Shown one piece after another: positions 12,601 through 26,951 of a stretch of 64,000 bases of DNA. The notes beneath the pieces were generated by a model, which had not been told where the DNA came from, made no database searches, and saw nothing but the letters and a program-made list of their open reading frames with translations. This stretch comes from Acanthaster planci (Eukaryota). How positions within the stretch are numbered: the first letter of the stretch is position 1; every line of letters begins with the position of its first letter. The stretch is from positions 2,317,107 through 2,381,106 of the forward strand of contig NW_019091355.1 of the NCBI RefSeq assembly GCF_001949145.1, in the 5' to 3' direction. The translations under genes were made by a program, and so were the position numbers.

Positions 12601-15600
12601 TCATTGTGCCACTGTATGATACGCTGGGACCGGACGTGTGTCAGTACATCGTTAACCAAGGTTTGTATTTCGCTCTTGCGGATTTTTATTGGAATAACAC
12701 TTTCCTCTCCTTGTTCTTCAACTAAAATTTATTCATTCTGTCATAAGTATTTTGCTTAGGCAAAAAAAGTTGTGTCCATAATATCAGTAGAGACCACAGA
12801 TAGATCAAATGTAATTGAGGATCAATTGTGGACCAGGTAACCAACGGCAAAAATAATCAGAAAATACAATGAATTATTATTTTGAATCTTTGTGCAGTTG
12901 AGTTGACACTCGTTGTGTGTGACACGACGGCAAGAGCCCAGCTGTTACTGGATAAAGCGGCAGATATGCCCGGGCTGAAGAAGATCGTTCTGGTGGAGGA
13001 GGCTACAGATTCGGTTGTGGCGAAGGCTGCAGAATGCCAGATCGAGATAGTACGCTTTGGAGATGTCCTGGTAAGTCTTTAACCCAAAGATGTCGAATCC
13101 AACAAATCCTATATGTGATTTGCGCTTACCGTCGGAGGAATGTCTACAGATAGTGGTTAGTATTTGCTTGCTCGACCAAAAAGGGAAAAATAATGTCCAC
13201 AGAGATGTGTCGTATCTGGAAAGGGCCGTGTTGAATTAATTCAGGTTCTGATTCTCTGCCAGTGTTACGTTCGCGTGTTGCATTCAGCTCATTTGAACTT
13301 AAAACTTCACAATGATATCTTAAAGTTGACGGGAAAAATACCGGGGCAACTAAGTGGCGCTCCTTATCCGAAAGGATGCAACGCTCGGTCTTCCACGACA
13401 AATAAAACAACGGTTGCACAAGATACCAAAGAAGTGACAAACGGTTTTCTCTCTGTCATGCCTCAGGAGCTTGGTGCCAATAATCCGCAGGAGAAAGTGG
13501 TAAGTAGGTCAGCTGCAAATATAGGGTAAGAGAATCCTGTCTACATCGACATCTGGTAACCACTTTGAGGATATTTTGCGATTATGAAGTTGGTAATACG
13601 GAAACACCCGATCACAAGCCAGCGCACTTTCAACTGTTGCAACGTGGCGACAGTATGCGCTCTGGGTTGAGTTCCAGTGTTGGAAATGACAACCATAGAG
13701 TACAGGGCTGCCGTCCACACATGGAAAGCTTGACTTCACAAAGTGAACTGCGCAGTGCTTTTCTTGCCGTCTGCTATCACTTTACCTAAAGTTTTACTAT
13801 ATGGAGACTGTGCCCGCTTATTTCCTGCGTTGTATTTACACTAAATCAGAGAAATTAAATCTCAGTCGAGCATCCCATGAGCTGCCTCTTTTTCTTAAGA
13901 TTCCGTATCAAAATATGTAAGTTGAGTTGAGTTTATACACATGTACTTCTTTCTTTGTTTAGCCACCGAGCTGGGAAGACCTTAGCACACTGTGCTACAC
14001 AAGCGGTACAACGGGCAACCCGAAAGGCGCCATGCTATCACATGGCAATATAGTGTCGTCTGTCAGTGGCATGTTTGCTGTGGCTGGGGTGAGTAATACC
14101 TTGGAGACAGCAGTTTGCATGGAAAAGCAACGAAGCTCTCTGTTGCAACAAGGAGCAAGTGAGGTGAATTCTCTGCTTCTATATGAGACAACAATCTGCC
14201 CCAGACAGTGACAGGCACAATGTTGATCCCATATTACTGGTTACGCAATTTTCTTTATTTTCTTCACTTTTGATTGCCTGTGACAAAAAGTATCGATACC
14301 AAATTCCTAGCGACTGCCACTTCTCAACACAACATTCTGTCTCGAAGCAGCGTTGAAAATGTCACAAGGACATTGAAAAAGGTTTGCCTCAGTAAACTAC
14401 GCCAAGAATACATATTACCTACGTCATTGAACCGTGAAGAGGTATAGACATTATTAAATCCTGTTTTTATAAACTTGACGTTGTGCTGTTTCGTTGAAAA
14501 CCTTTGATAGGTCAAGAATTTGCTTGAGTTGTACACGGATGATGTGCATATATCTTATCTTCCTCTGGCTCACGTCTACGAAAGGTTTACACAGGTAAGT
14601 CGCTCAAAATCATTTTGTCCCTGGGGTGGAACGACTGTATCCGTTTCACCCCTTCGAAGCGCCAAGAATTGGTCATGCAGTAATGATCACATCATCGAGA
14701 GGCAATATTTCGAGTTTAGCGGTTAAAGTAAAAATGTTTTTTCTCTACAGATTCGAAGAATGAGGGAAGCACATACTTGTCATTTTTCGTATCTCTTTTG
14801 GTAGGCTTGCGTCTTCGCGTGTGGTGCACGCCTGGGCTTCTATCAAGGAGATCCGAAGAAGCTTGTGAGTGACATAGCGGTGCTGAAGCCCACCTTGTTT
14901 GTCTGCGTGCCGAGAGTCATGAACAAGATTTATGACAAGGTATTTCTTTACCCACGAAAGCAGAGGGCCATCCAAAAGATCAGATATTAAAAATTCAACA
15001 AGGGACATGAATGATTTACTGGTGGGTTGAGGGTGTGCATACGAGGCAATGCCCTGGAGGGAGTGCTTTCAAGAAAAGAGAGGACGACTTTTGCCTTCTT
15101 TTTCTTTCTTTATTGCCCGAAGAATATAAACACCCCCACACTTAACCTTGCGCCTTAGAGAGGTCATAAGTATCACATCACCCAACTGTCAAATATTCAC
15201 CTCCCCAAAAGAGAAAACTCAAACGTTTTCTACCCTTCTCGTGAGAAGGAAGTTCTAGATCGAACCTTGCTGCCAATACTGAAGTTCTCTCCCTCTTATC
15301 CACGACTTAAATCACCCCTCTCAAGTGCCAATTATATACTTACCAGCAAACTGTGTATTACTTTTCGCTAATCGAACACAATTCATAGGTAACTAATGGA
15401 ATTGCCCAAAAAGGATGGCTGACGAACTTCATCTTCAGAACGGCACTCCGCAAGAAAATTAAGGAAATGGAAAGGTGAGGACACAGAAGCCGATACTGTA
15501 AGAGCAACCAACAGCAGCGTATCCAGCTTTTAGCGTGGGGGGGATCCAAAAGGGAAAGCAGCTTGGAGCTCATTCAATATGATGTTGTGAAGATAAAATC

Positions 15601-18600
15601 AAAAGCCTTACTCACGGTCCCGACATCCTTGCTTTTATTTGCTGGATTTGATGTTAAAATTTGACTGATAAATAAACCGAATACTTTCTTTCCTTCTCAC
15701 CCATTCTTTGTAATGTAAGCTGGATACGCCACCGGCACGCAACAAATATGCATTGATACCAGCGAAGCCAAAAAAAATTACCACAGCCTGTGACTGCTCA
15801 ATGTTTTGCCTTTGGCATTTGTGACTTAGCTTGAAATAATTCATCCATTCGTAAAAGGCCTTGAGACAAAATGAGACCGAGTGAACAGAAATGTAACAAA
15901 GATATAGGCCTAGTTAAAGATTAACACCAACACAAGTATAAGAAAAGAGTTCGCAATTCTTATCCAATTTTATGAGGCAGATATTATCACTAATGGTCCC
16001 AGTTTTAGGTAATAGGTATCATTTGTATGGTTGCAAATTATTTTATCTTTAAAGTAGCAAACATTTTAAACTGTATGTTTTATTGATTGATTGATTTTTT
16101 TGCAGTGGTAAATTTGTCAATGACGGCATGTGGGACAGGCTGATGAAAAAAGTCAGGGTAAGCCACATCAATTTCAAGAAAATGAAATTTGTCAAGTCCT
16201 TGTCAGATAATCGAGGTTAGCGTGCCATTATTTGAACCGAAACTGCCCAAAGGTTTCCAAAGATAAAGTAAAAAGCAGAGGACTTTTTGTAAATGTCGTC
16301 TGTTAATTCACAGCACACTTTCTATAACACGACAGTTGTGCAACTTTCCATAATAGCAATATGATCTGGCTATTCGTTGCGCCTCTGGCCAGTTGCTTGT
16401 TTGCGGATATCGTTCTGTTTAGGCAGTTACACTGACGGAACTTAGTCGAAGTAATTTGTGCGTTCATAATTATAAACAGATCACCACTCGAGGTTTTCAA
16501 AAGCAGAAGTTATACTCTCCCACTTTGCCTCATCAACGAGCCAGTTTTTGTTCCTTGCACAGCGCCGAACCTACAGTCTCCTTTTTCTCCTTATCTTCAG
16601 AACCTTTTAGGCGGCAGAGTTCGCTTCATCACCACTGCAGCTGCCCCGGTTTCCCACGATGTTAAGATGTTTTTCAGATGTGCCTTCGGTGCTCTGGTGA
16701 GACAACTGTCTTTTTCATTGAGAGTTGCCTTGCTGGAAAAAAAAATCCAATCGACAGATCCACTCAGCTAGCCTTGCCCACCGTGCACGTGGGCACTTAA
16801 CGCATGTTCATTTTCCAGCTGCGCGCACCATACGCGCGTACTCTCATGTCAGAATTACGTGGTCGGACATATTCAATCCAGGCCTGTAATTGGTCAGAAC
16901 ATAATAGGGCGGGCCTGGCTTTATGAATTCTTCTATAACATACCCCCTTTCCTTGAATTCTTAGTTTACGGAGGGATACGGGCAGACGGAGAACGGAGGA
17001 ATGGCCACATCAAGTTATTTCCGAGATATTAGCCCCGGTCATGTTGGGTCACCTTCTGTGAATTTCCTCTTCAAGCTTGTTGATGTGCCCGAGATGGACT
17101 ACTACGCTGACAAAGATCAGGGCGAGGTAAGTTACTAGCGTGCCCACCCCCGGAAAGTTTCTGAAGTGGAATAATTTTAATAACTTTGCGCTGAAAACTT
17201 CCAGCGAAACATCGCCGTGTACCAAACACCACAGAGTACTAGCGAAAGGAGCATTGTTGACATTATGAATCAAAGATAGGTCTTATTAACACCGAAAACA
17301 CCGCAACAAATAAAACAGGCCTGACCGTATTCATTTGTTTTGATTGAATAGATTTGCTTGAAAGGGTCTGGCGTATTCAAAGGGTATTTCAAGGACCCAG
17401 AGAAGACTGCGGAGGCTATCGATGCTGAAGGATGGCTCCATACCGGTGATATAGGGCAATGGATGCCCGTAAGTGCTGCCTTTTAAGATAACATTCATCA
17501 AATTTGGGCACACACTGTTTTACCTATCGATGCGCGTTGCTCATTTTTCATGTTTATCGCTGTAATGTACATGTGTACAAATTACGGAAATTGCCAATCA
17601 TAGGTGAGTTGATAGATTGCAGCTTTATTACATAACTAAATGCTTTGTTCGAGAATGTATACAACACGAATGCATATGAATTTGAAATACATTTGTCACT
17701 GTTGGATAGAGCTGTTAATTATGTTCGAAGGTAAAACATGCTCTTTTGGCGTTCTCTTTATTCTGGCCTGAGACGCCAGAAACCAGAACGCTCGCAGCTT
17801 CAGTCGACACTGCATAACTATGATCCATAGTCTACAAACCTATAGGACATTACACTTACTGCCATATTGAGGGCGTAATTATCTCTGATACAAATTGTCC
17901 GTTTAGGGGCCAGAAATTGTTTTCAGTCGCACGTGTTGCCTGAGATTTCTTGTCTCCATTTTTAGAGTGGACAGTTGAAGATAATTGACCGGAAGAAGCA
18001 CATATTTAAGATGGCGCAAGGCGAGTACATTGCTCCCGAGAAGATCGAGAACATTTATATCAGAAGCGAATACGTGGCTCAGTGTTTCGTGCACGGCGAC
18101 GGTTTGCAGGTAAGAGGCATTGTGGTTTGGAGCACTGATGAAAAATCAATGGTTTTGTTGTTTTTTGAAAGGCAATTTTGTTTCAGGTTTCCCTGTTCGC
18201 TTTATCGCTTGGGATGTAGGCCTATCCTTGTCATCGATTATTTTTCCACATAAAGATGAACCGAAATCAGTTTGTTCTAAAATAAACTGGTGTGATGTTC
18301 AAAAAAGGGTATACTCGGGGGTTAATTTTTGAATGTCAGTCCTTAAACATTCATGTTGTTGAACATTAATTTGGATATTTTCTCCAGTCTAGCCTTATTG
18401 CCATTGTTGTCCCTGACGAGGAGGTGCTACCAAAGCTTGGCAAAACCAAAGGAATTCCGGGAGATTTCAAGCAGTTGTGCGCCAATGAGGTAGGTCACCA
18501 CAACATGCATGATCGTGCTGTTCTCTCTTATGCGGGGGAAACTCCGACAGGCTTTTTTAAATTAAGGAAACTGGTGTGAATTTATTACCGGTAGACGCGG

Positions 18601-19503
18601 CCTAAAATAGGTATTGTTTATTCTTACCATTAATAGGTATAGATGCAGTATATATGTGATGTGCACTGGCCTATCAAGGTTGTCAATCCAGGGTGGGACA
18701 AGGTGGATTTCTTTCTAAAACAAAGGCCCAGGTTTTGTAAATCCATCAAAAAATCTCTCCTCAGAATGGTTGGTAGTACAGCCTGTTGAAAGTTTGACCC
18801 CATCAATTGCCCAAAAAGGGAAAAGTTCCCCCTTGTTTCCTTATGTATACGCCAATGACGGAAGAGGCCTTTTTGTGACTGTTTTGTAATAAGGTGTGTG
18901 TAAATAATTTCCCACACGCGAATTGGTGAAGACACTAAACGTTTCTTTGCATTCTCGATTGCTCTGCCTGAGAAAGCTCGAAGCATAATTCTGGTATTGA
19001 TCAGGTCAATGAAGCCATACAGCTTGCTTTAATTGATGCAGACTATCAAGAAGGCGATCCTCGATAGCATGCAGAAAGTTGGGAAGGAAGCCAAACTGCT
19101 AAGCTTCGAGCAGGTAGGTTCAGTTTTTATTAGCGGCTGGTAATCATTTCTCTTTCTTTTCAAGTATAACCTGCTGCTACCAGCATGCAGTCATAAGGAA
19201 AGTGGGCTTGGTTGGGATTCCTCTCCACATGTGTAGTATAGAAGTATCAATATTTTACCAGTACACGCAGAAACTTTGAAAATACGACAACATTTTTTAA
19301 TGGATTGTCAATGACATCTGAAACAGGTGAAAGACATTTATGTGGAGTCTGAGCTGTTCAGCATTGAGAACAACCTGCTCACCCCCACGTTCAAATCGAA
19401 GCGTCCAGTTCTGAGGAAACACTACGCTGTCCAGATAGAAGCGATGTACAAGCAAGCCCAGTTCAGCAGGATGGACAGCGTGCCTTACGACACGCAGAAG
19501 TAA
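9620..19503 (+). CDS. ACSL: Long-chain-fatty-acid--CoA ligase, ACSL1/5/6 subfamily, 19 coding exons, 677 aa
   Basis: Exons 9620-9706, 10703-10820, 11399-11466, 11875-11976, 12561-12660, 12898-13070, 13467-13499, 13963-14088, 14511-14594, 14805-14939, 15389-15474, 16106-16157, 16601-16696, 16965-17126, 17352-17468, 17966-18109, 18388-18489, 19042-19113 and 19327-19503. All are GT-AG, 2034 nt, open to TAA. Motifs: [19 protein letters not shown] (AMP-binding), ISYLPLAH (gate), [49 protein letters not shown]. Confidence 0.96.
15512..15734. mobile_element. MITE-like element with terminal inverted repeats, in an ACSL intron
   Basis: Left end CAGCAGCGTATCCAGCTT and right end AAGCTGGATACGCCACCG share a perfect 13-bp core inverted repeat. 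A reverse-oriented copy of the left end occurs at about 19884-19936. Confidence 0.7.
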
Positions 19504-19720
19504 TAACAGAATGGAAGAAAGCGTTCGATTAAGCAAAAGACTTCACTTTCCTCATTATGCACTTTGTGAAAACACATTTTGAAAGTTCATAATAGCCGAA
19601 TATTAATAATTCAGAGAACTCTGATTAATTGAATGACGCAGTGGATGAACGATGTGATGGCCTTATAGAAACATGAAGGTGAATAACCTTCTACCCATTT
19701 GTCCAGTTTGAAACAAATTC

Positions 19721-19726
19721 AATAAA
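19721..19726 (+). promoter_or_regulatory. Candidate ACSL polyadenylation signal AATAAA (further candidates near 20977 and 21011)
   Basis: Hexamer about 220 nt after the stop codon; motif match only. Confidence 0.35.
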
Positions 19727-19883
19727 TCTGATGCTATGCCTCATTCCGATTATGTAAAAGTTTTGAGGGCCCTTGCCTTTGTATATCATGAGGAATCTAA
19801 AAGGCGAATCTCATATTTCGAATCTGTCGTTCATTTTTTTGCAAATTATTTTTTCTCTCCAACATTATGTTTAATAAGCCAAA

Positions 19884-19936
19884 AGCCGCAGTCGCTTTTG
19901 AATTCCCCCCACGCCAAAAGCGGGATACGCCGCTGC
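19884..19936 (-). mobile_element. Fragment of the 15512-15734 element family downstream of the ACSL stop codon
   Basis: The reverse complement CAGCGGCGTATCCCGCTTTTGGCGTGGGGGGAATTCAAAAGCG matches CAGCAGCGTATCCAGCTTTTAGCGTGGGGGGGATCCAAAAGGG at 15512. Confidence 0.7.
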
Positions 19937-22900
19937 TTAATTGGCATAGTATGAGTAGAGAACATTGATGGGAAGTCGCGAAAGAGTTTTTCTGTCACCA
20001 CTGAGCTCAAATTGCATGTGAAATACATGTATACCTCCCGTTTCCGCATCTCACCTTCAGTATATGGTACGAACACGGGATTTGTGTGTCAATGTCCTTC
20101 AACCCCCCCCCCCGAGGTCGTATGACACTGAAGTCTTTGGCATGAAAAAAAATGGTGTGACTATTTGACTTGAGAGTTGATTTGTTGCGATAAACAACAT
20201 CTGGTATGTTCTAGAGGTGGTGTAAAAATGGGTACTAACTTTTTAATGATTGTAAAATTATGTTACTGTTAAACATTGTATGTATTGTATGTATGCTGTA
20301 TAATGTCTATGTCCATCTTGCAGAGGATTTTCAGCCGAATTCCAATGTTTGAAGAAAATTATGTGCAGTTGGCATTTTGCATTCAACCCTTCATTAATGG
20401 GTACATTTCTTCGTATTACTTTTTCCCTCCGGAATTATGGCGCCTTACAAACTACATAACCGTTCTGATATGCAGTGTGGATCTATTTTCTGGTTGCAGA
20501 CTTGCCTTAAGTGGTAATATCTCCCCATAGAAATGTTAAAAGAATTCATGTTCCAAAATGCAGTTGCGGTTGAAACAAATGTTACTGACGGAGTTTATAT
20601 CAAAATAACCCTTGTGCTGTATACATGTACATATGTTCTGTAGAAACATAAGTAGGCCTAATCGTGTATGCTACCCCAGCAGTTATCCTAAAAGAACACC
20701 AGAAGGTATCAGATAATCCTAATTTAGTCTTTAAAGTATCAGAAACGACTTTATTTTACTTTCACTTTCTGCGGTTACTGTTTTTCCCATCCGTCAGGTG
20801 GAATACTTCAAGTTATGATTCAAACATAATGGTACAGTGTATAGTTAATCATAATACAAAATGCATGAAATTTTTGTCAGTGGACTCGTTTTTTCCTTTT
20901 GTTGGAAAAGAAAGATGGAAGAGGACAGAAAACGAAAGAATATAAAAAGTCAAGAAAGTTTAGAACCAAAGTTTAAAATAAAGGTTTATATGGGAAATCT
21001 ATACCTTTGGAATAAATAACCTAGTCCAGTTTGTTTGACTTCGGATGTTTCCTAAACATCTCAAAGACACGAAAAAGATTCTGTAGACCTCAAAAGGAAT
21101 ATCAACTAATACGGACTTCATCCTGTTCTGAAGTATTCACTTTACCGCGGAATACTACTTTTACATCCCACCAGCGAAACTCGGATACTGGAGAGATTGA
21201 GCCACACGTTCTACGCGAACGCGAAAGACATTATGAGCACACAGACTTCTCGCGTTCACTTTCACGTTTTCTTGCGTAACGGGTTGTCAAATTTTCATGC
21301 AAGAAAAAAATTATCTAACAGCTGCTTCCATTTCTTTGGAGGAAGCACTATCGCGGTACTAGATCATTATCATTTAGGAAAACGTTGAAAAAAATACCCC
21401 GTTGAAACTATCCCGCCCAGTAGACGCAGATCTACTGATGAAATCTCTCCGGCCGGTGGTATCCCCTGATAACGAAAGTATTGAAGTGACGTCAAGGTGG
21501 GATTTGTCTGTTCTGTAATACGATCAGCCGCTGATTGCGGTGAGATAAGTCCCCATTTTCAGTGTCTCCATCGGAGGTATTGTAGTCGAGTGAATGACCC
21601 CCATCGGAGAGTTTTCTCAAACGATGGATGAACCGCCGACGAGGGCTACATAGACATCTTCTATCCCTCGCTTGAGTATAGTCCCCATCTTCTAAGATTG
21701 AATTGCTATCTATACAATGTCAGCGCATGCAGTTCTTTAAATGTTTCCCCTCTTTTTGGAGTCGACGACATTGTTATGGATGAGCAGCGTTTGTTGCTGC
21801 ATATCATATTTTTGCTCATTATTTCTGTAAAAACCACTCCACTTCGGGCTCGCGTTGAAACCTTAGACCCTAATGTTGATGTGCACGATATCAAGCCACC
21901 GTAATTTTCAGTTGCACATAAATGGGAAAGAATGAGCAGCATGTTTTACTCACCCAGGTCAAAAATCAAATTTTTTTAAAGTAATTGGAAGAGTAAGTTG
22001 ACAGGAGAAACTCAGGCACCCCAAATCGAATGCAAGTGATTTTTTTCTTTTTCGAAAAAGAAACAGATTCTAAGACTTCACCCTACTGAAAATTGGAAAT
22101 GGGCCGCCAAACTCTTGCCAAGCTTGGCCAAAATTCCTACTGCTTTGAAGACTGTTCCAGGACGGTATCTACCTTCGCGCGAAAATACTGATGTTGTGGA
22201 TGACCCCAAGTCGAAATCCGATCAAAATATCAATTTGAAGGACTTCTTTCAAAATTCCCAAATGTGGCATGGACCTGAGGCCACTCAATTTACTCGATAC
22301 GAGCCTGTTTATCAACTTTGCTGCGTATATAAACGTGTCGGTCAGCTAGCCACGTACAACTCCGAATATAAAGCCACCATTATAGACACACTCCCGAAAC
22401 ATCAATTAATTTACACCTGCTCTTAAACTAATTTCAGTTGATAATGTGATTTAGTATTCAGACTGAGAAGCGAGATCGGTCTAAAAAGGAACCACATGTG
22501 TCAGTTTCTTTACTTTCTACTGTTGACAAATGCTGGCTCCACCAGTGACACGTGATGTAGTCGATTTCGTGTTCATGACGTCAGCAATTAGGAGGATATA
22601 AATTCATTCCAATCTGAAATTATTTCTTATTTCATAAGTCGCTTCGTTAAGGTTATGCTCAGTTTGAATCCCCCGAAATGACTTGTGTGACAGCTTTTTA
22701 TATTTTTTTTTTAAAAAAGAGTGACCGCAACAAATGGGTCCTCAAACTTTCTGAGTTTTGACATTTGTAGCCTGGTAGTTAGGGGAGGTAAATCAGCAGT
22801 GTCAAGCTGTCCAATGTCCAATAGAGTCTTCGTGATAGTGACTGACTAGCGATTGCATTCTGTTGGTAATTGCTTATACGATTGTCTTAGTTAAGACTCT

Positions 22901-25900
22901 ATATTTGATTGATACTCCCAGTGGCATAAATCTGTGTTGGTAATGGAGGGGATCGGGAAAGGTGAGGGGATGACATGCCCGGCCATGGAAATTCGAAAAG
23001 CGGGGGGGGGGCACTACATACATTAAATAAGGGCAATTTTCATGATGGAGATGCAAATCTGTAATGTATATCAAATGCATGCGGAATCTTACGTCAGAAT
23101 GGTATATTTATAGCTTTTTAAAATTGCTTTTCCTTTTTGGTGATAATTATTGCAAACTTAGTAGTCGTTGGGAAACCCTGTAAATTCTTCACAATCCACT
23201 TAAATTTTTTTTGGCTCCTCACAAAAAGTGGGGAGGGGGGATGATTCAACAGCTCATCCTCCACCTCAAAAAGTGTGGGGGATATATACCCCCATCCTCC
23301 TGGGAATTACGCCGATGGATACTCCACTGTCAACCTGACGGGAATAAGTTTACCAGTATGTATAGTGAAAGCACCATGCATAAATTACCTTGCTGGAACT
23401 TCTTGTGGCTGGCGTGTTGCGATGTTTTTACATAGCCCCCTGGGGTAGCTAGGCTTGAATACAAGGGTAGAATCGTGACCCTGAAGGAATATGCTGAAAT
23501 GGAACAGAAGTCCGATATTTTAGGGGGGTGGGGCTTCCACGACAGTACGAAGATTATAGTCTCATTTCAAGAGAGTGGTAATAAAACCATTTGCTCGCAG
23601 GAAATGACGGGTGAATCCTCGGGCTATTGCTTCATAAAAAGAAAAATTGCTAGCGGTCCATCCGTGAGGCCTTGCATAGATGCTGACCCCTGTGCTTATC
23701 CAATTCCACCTGTTCCAGACGGGAAATGAACAAGATACTGAATTCTGTTCATTATCCCCACAAAAAAGGTTTCGGCTTTCGACCTTGAAGATTGGACGTC
23801 ACCAGAGATGTGGACGAGGTGAAACTGGTCTGGCTTCCTGGAAAGATACGTCGCCAATGGGGAATCATTGCATAAACCGACGACTAAGGACGGTGTGATT
23901 GGCACAGCTGAAATCAAATTTCATAAAGCCAAGCAAAGTGAGAACAAATTGAAGCTCTCCGTTATCCCCTCTGATCACACTTTGGTTGGTTTACAGTGGA
24001 ATTATGTCACGTCTCAACTGTTTAGTCGAAGTGTCTCCCGCAGGGCAAAATGTGAGACTTGCAAGCAACATATACCACGAATGACCGACTGAATGGGCAT
24101 TGCTCCAATTTGTTGGCTAGGGCGTCAAATTTCCGGCATCGACCGGCGACAGGCCTTAGTGCTTAGGCAGAACGGCACATTGTATTTTTCTATACCTTTT
24201 TATCAGACTCAAAATTTCGATTTCAATATATCTCATGTACCAATATGTTAAATAGGAAACGTACCCTATACTGCACGCGAATAAGCTAGGCCTGTACCAA
24301 CGTTGACAAAACGAGCTCGGTTGTCGTTTCTTTCAAATGAAACCAATTCTAAGGCTGCAGATTTGACACTAGAAAGTGGGGAAATCAAAAAGTCTTCAAA
24401 ACGTTTTTTTTTTGGGGGGGGGGCTAAAAGTAATCAAGTGAAATAAAACATTAAAAAGAAACAAGAAAAGGAGCGGCACCCAGGTTTCCAACCACGGACC
24501 TTCTGTGAGTCGTTGTTTTTTAACCACCATTTCAGATAAGCCAGATCGCCCCTTTTTCTCCCGCCAAACTGTAGATGCCAGATGCGCCACATCAAAGTAT
24601 AATATGAATGTGTAAATTCATAACAGTTCAACCTTTATTTAAGTGTAAACTCATCTTTCGTTCAACAAAGTTCGCTCGTGCCTTCATTTAGTGCCAGATT
24701 TGAAGTTATGAGTACTGCGGGGTTTTTTTGGGGGGGGGTGTTTTCAACTTTTTAACGATCATCACTGCACACACTTCTTATTTACAGAATGAATTTACTA
24801 CATTTAGCCCTACAAACCCATATGCACATCAAAACTGTGCATGCGTTTCCTGAAGGCTGAAGGAAGATGGATGAGTGTCATCGGTTCCCAAACATCTTCG
24901 AAATCGCACGTAGTCTTTTGACGGTCCATCAGAGCAATTTTGTTATAGGGAACTTCAGACACGGATTTAAAAACTACTGGAACCGACGCCAGTGATCCCA
25001 GCTGATCTGTGTGGAAACTCCCATTCGAGTGTGACGGAAAACACTTGCTGCGATCTTTGCGTCGGCTTTAATTACCCTTGAGCCGACGGCTATTCTGTGC
25101 AAGAAGTTCGACAAGCACGTAATGAGAGTTAATAACCCGTTGGGATACTTACTACGATGCAATCACCCAAGTGTCGCCGGACTACCTTATTGCAGACATC
25201 TGTTTGACTGGCTGTAGTGTGGAGCAGTTGTAATCCGAGCGTTTTATGAGCGGCTTTCCGCGAGGGCTACCGTCATCCCATGCTGCTGCTTCTTCCAGTC
25301 AGTGATTTCGTTTCTGCTTCTGCGTCTTGTACGTCTGCCCACCGCCAGTTGGAGCTCCGCAAAGGTCCACTGTGCATGCCATGGCCAGCCACGGCATCTT
25401 AGGACAACATTCCGCCCGTGGCGTGCAGCCGGTTGCGTTTCAGATCACAACTAAAACGGTAAATACCCAATTAAGGGAAGGCCATGATCCCAGGCCTGTG
25501 ATAAGATGGGAAAACACCTTCGGCATTGGACACAGTCTGTAGCTTCTGCTCGTAGGATACCCAAGGTTTGCCTCTTCGCAACTGAGGTGAGTTAGCTAGC
25601 GTGAAATTCTCATTATCTCTTCCCTTGATGACATTTTAGTGCTTCTTGTGTACCTTATTGGCATCGTTGGGAAAACTTCATAGGGGAAATGTATTTCTGG
25701 TCTACTCTAATGGAGTAATGGCTTCTCTGCATTAGCTATGATTTCATATGTACAACACTTTTGAGGAATCTACTTGTGATCTCTTTTCCAGTGCCCGGTT
25801 TTTTCCTTCCTAGGCTCTTCTGTCAGTGGTAAAAATGGCACTGTATATAAAAAAGAGAAACAAAACTGAACTTCGTAGCTCGATAAATCCATTTGAATTG

Positions 25901-26021
25901 CATTCGCCAGAGTTCAAAATCAACGTTGGTTTTATTTAGCTGTTGAGATATAACCTTGCAAAACACCTCAGATTGTGCGTACTAGGGTTGGGATTTTCCT
26001 TGCGGTGTAAGGATACGGGGG

Positions 26022-26676
26022 NNNNNNNNNNNNNNNNNNNNNNNNNNNNNNNNNNNNNNNNNNNNNNNNNNNNNNNNNNNNNNNNNNNNNNNNNNNNNNN
26101 NNNNNNNNNNNNNNNNNNNNNNNNNNNNNNNNNNNNNNNNNNNNNNNNNNNNNNNNNNNNNNNNNNNNNNNNNNNNNNNNNNNNNNNNNNNNNNNNNNNN
26201 NNNNNNNNNNNNNNNNNNNNNNNNNNNNNNNNNNNNNNNNNNNNNNNNNNNNNNNNNNNNNNNNNNNNNNNNNNNNNNNNNNNNNNNNNNNNNNNNNNNN
26301 NNNNNNNNNNNNNNNNNNNNNNNNNNNNNNNNNNNNNNNNNNNNNNNNNNNNNNNNNNNNNNNNNNNNNNNNNNNNNNNNNNNNNNNNNNNNNNNNNNNN
26401 NNNNNNNNNNNNNNNNNNNNNNNNNNNNNNNNNNNNNNNNNNNNNNNNNNNNNNNNNNNNNNNNNNNNNNNNNNNNNNNNNNNNNNNNNNNNNNNNNNNN
26501 NNNNNNNNNNNNNNNNNNNNNNNNNNNNNNNNNNNNNNNNNNNNNNNNNNNNNNNNNNNNNNNNNNNNNNNNNNNNNNNNNNNNNNNNNNNNNNNNNNNN
26601 NNNNNNNNNNNNNNNNNNNNNNNNNNNNNNNNNNNNNNNNNNNNNNNNNNNNNNNNNNNNNNNNNNNNNNNNNNNN
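26022..26676. other. Assembly gap (655 N)
   Basis: Run of n characters. Confidence 1.
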
Positions 26677-26951
26677 ATGCTTAGTGTTCGTGACAAAAAT
26701 GGCAAACAACTTTTATGCACACGCTGTAACAACGGTGGAGTTAATCCAGTGTTAATTTCACACAATAAATACCGCTGTGTTTGCAGCTAAAATTCACGTC
26801 TATTGTCGGTAGGATGCACCGGTGACTTCCACTTTAAATCAACGGTGCGAATGACCAGGCTGTTCTTTTCCCTGTACTCCCTCCCGTTCTTTTAACTCGT
26901 TCAACCTTAAGTGTTCATGGGAGGATCAAAACAATACGGGCGTTTCATAAT

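Noticed and set aside
21430..21480. CTGATGA...GAAA hammerhead-ribozyme-like core
   Set aside because: The required stems II and III cannot be formed. Other CTGATGA sites, such as 39171 and 51755, also fail.
25936..26765. Three long ORFs of 257-270 aa
   Set aside because: Artefacts of reading through the N gap.
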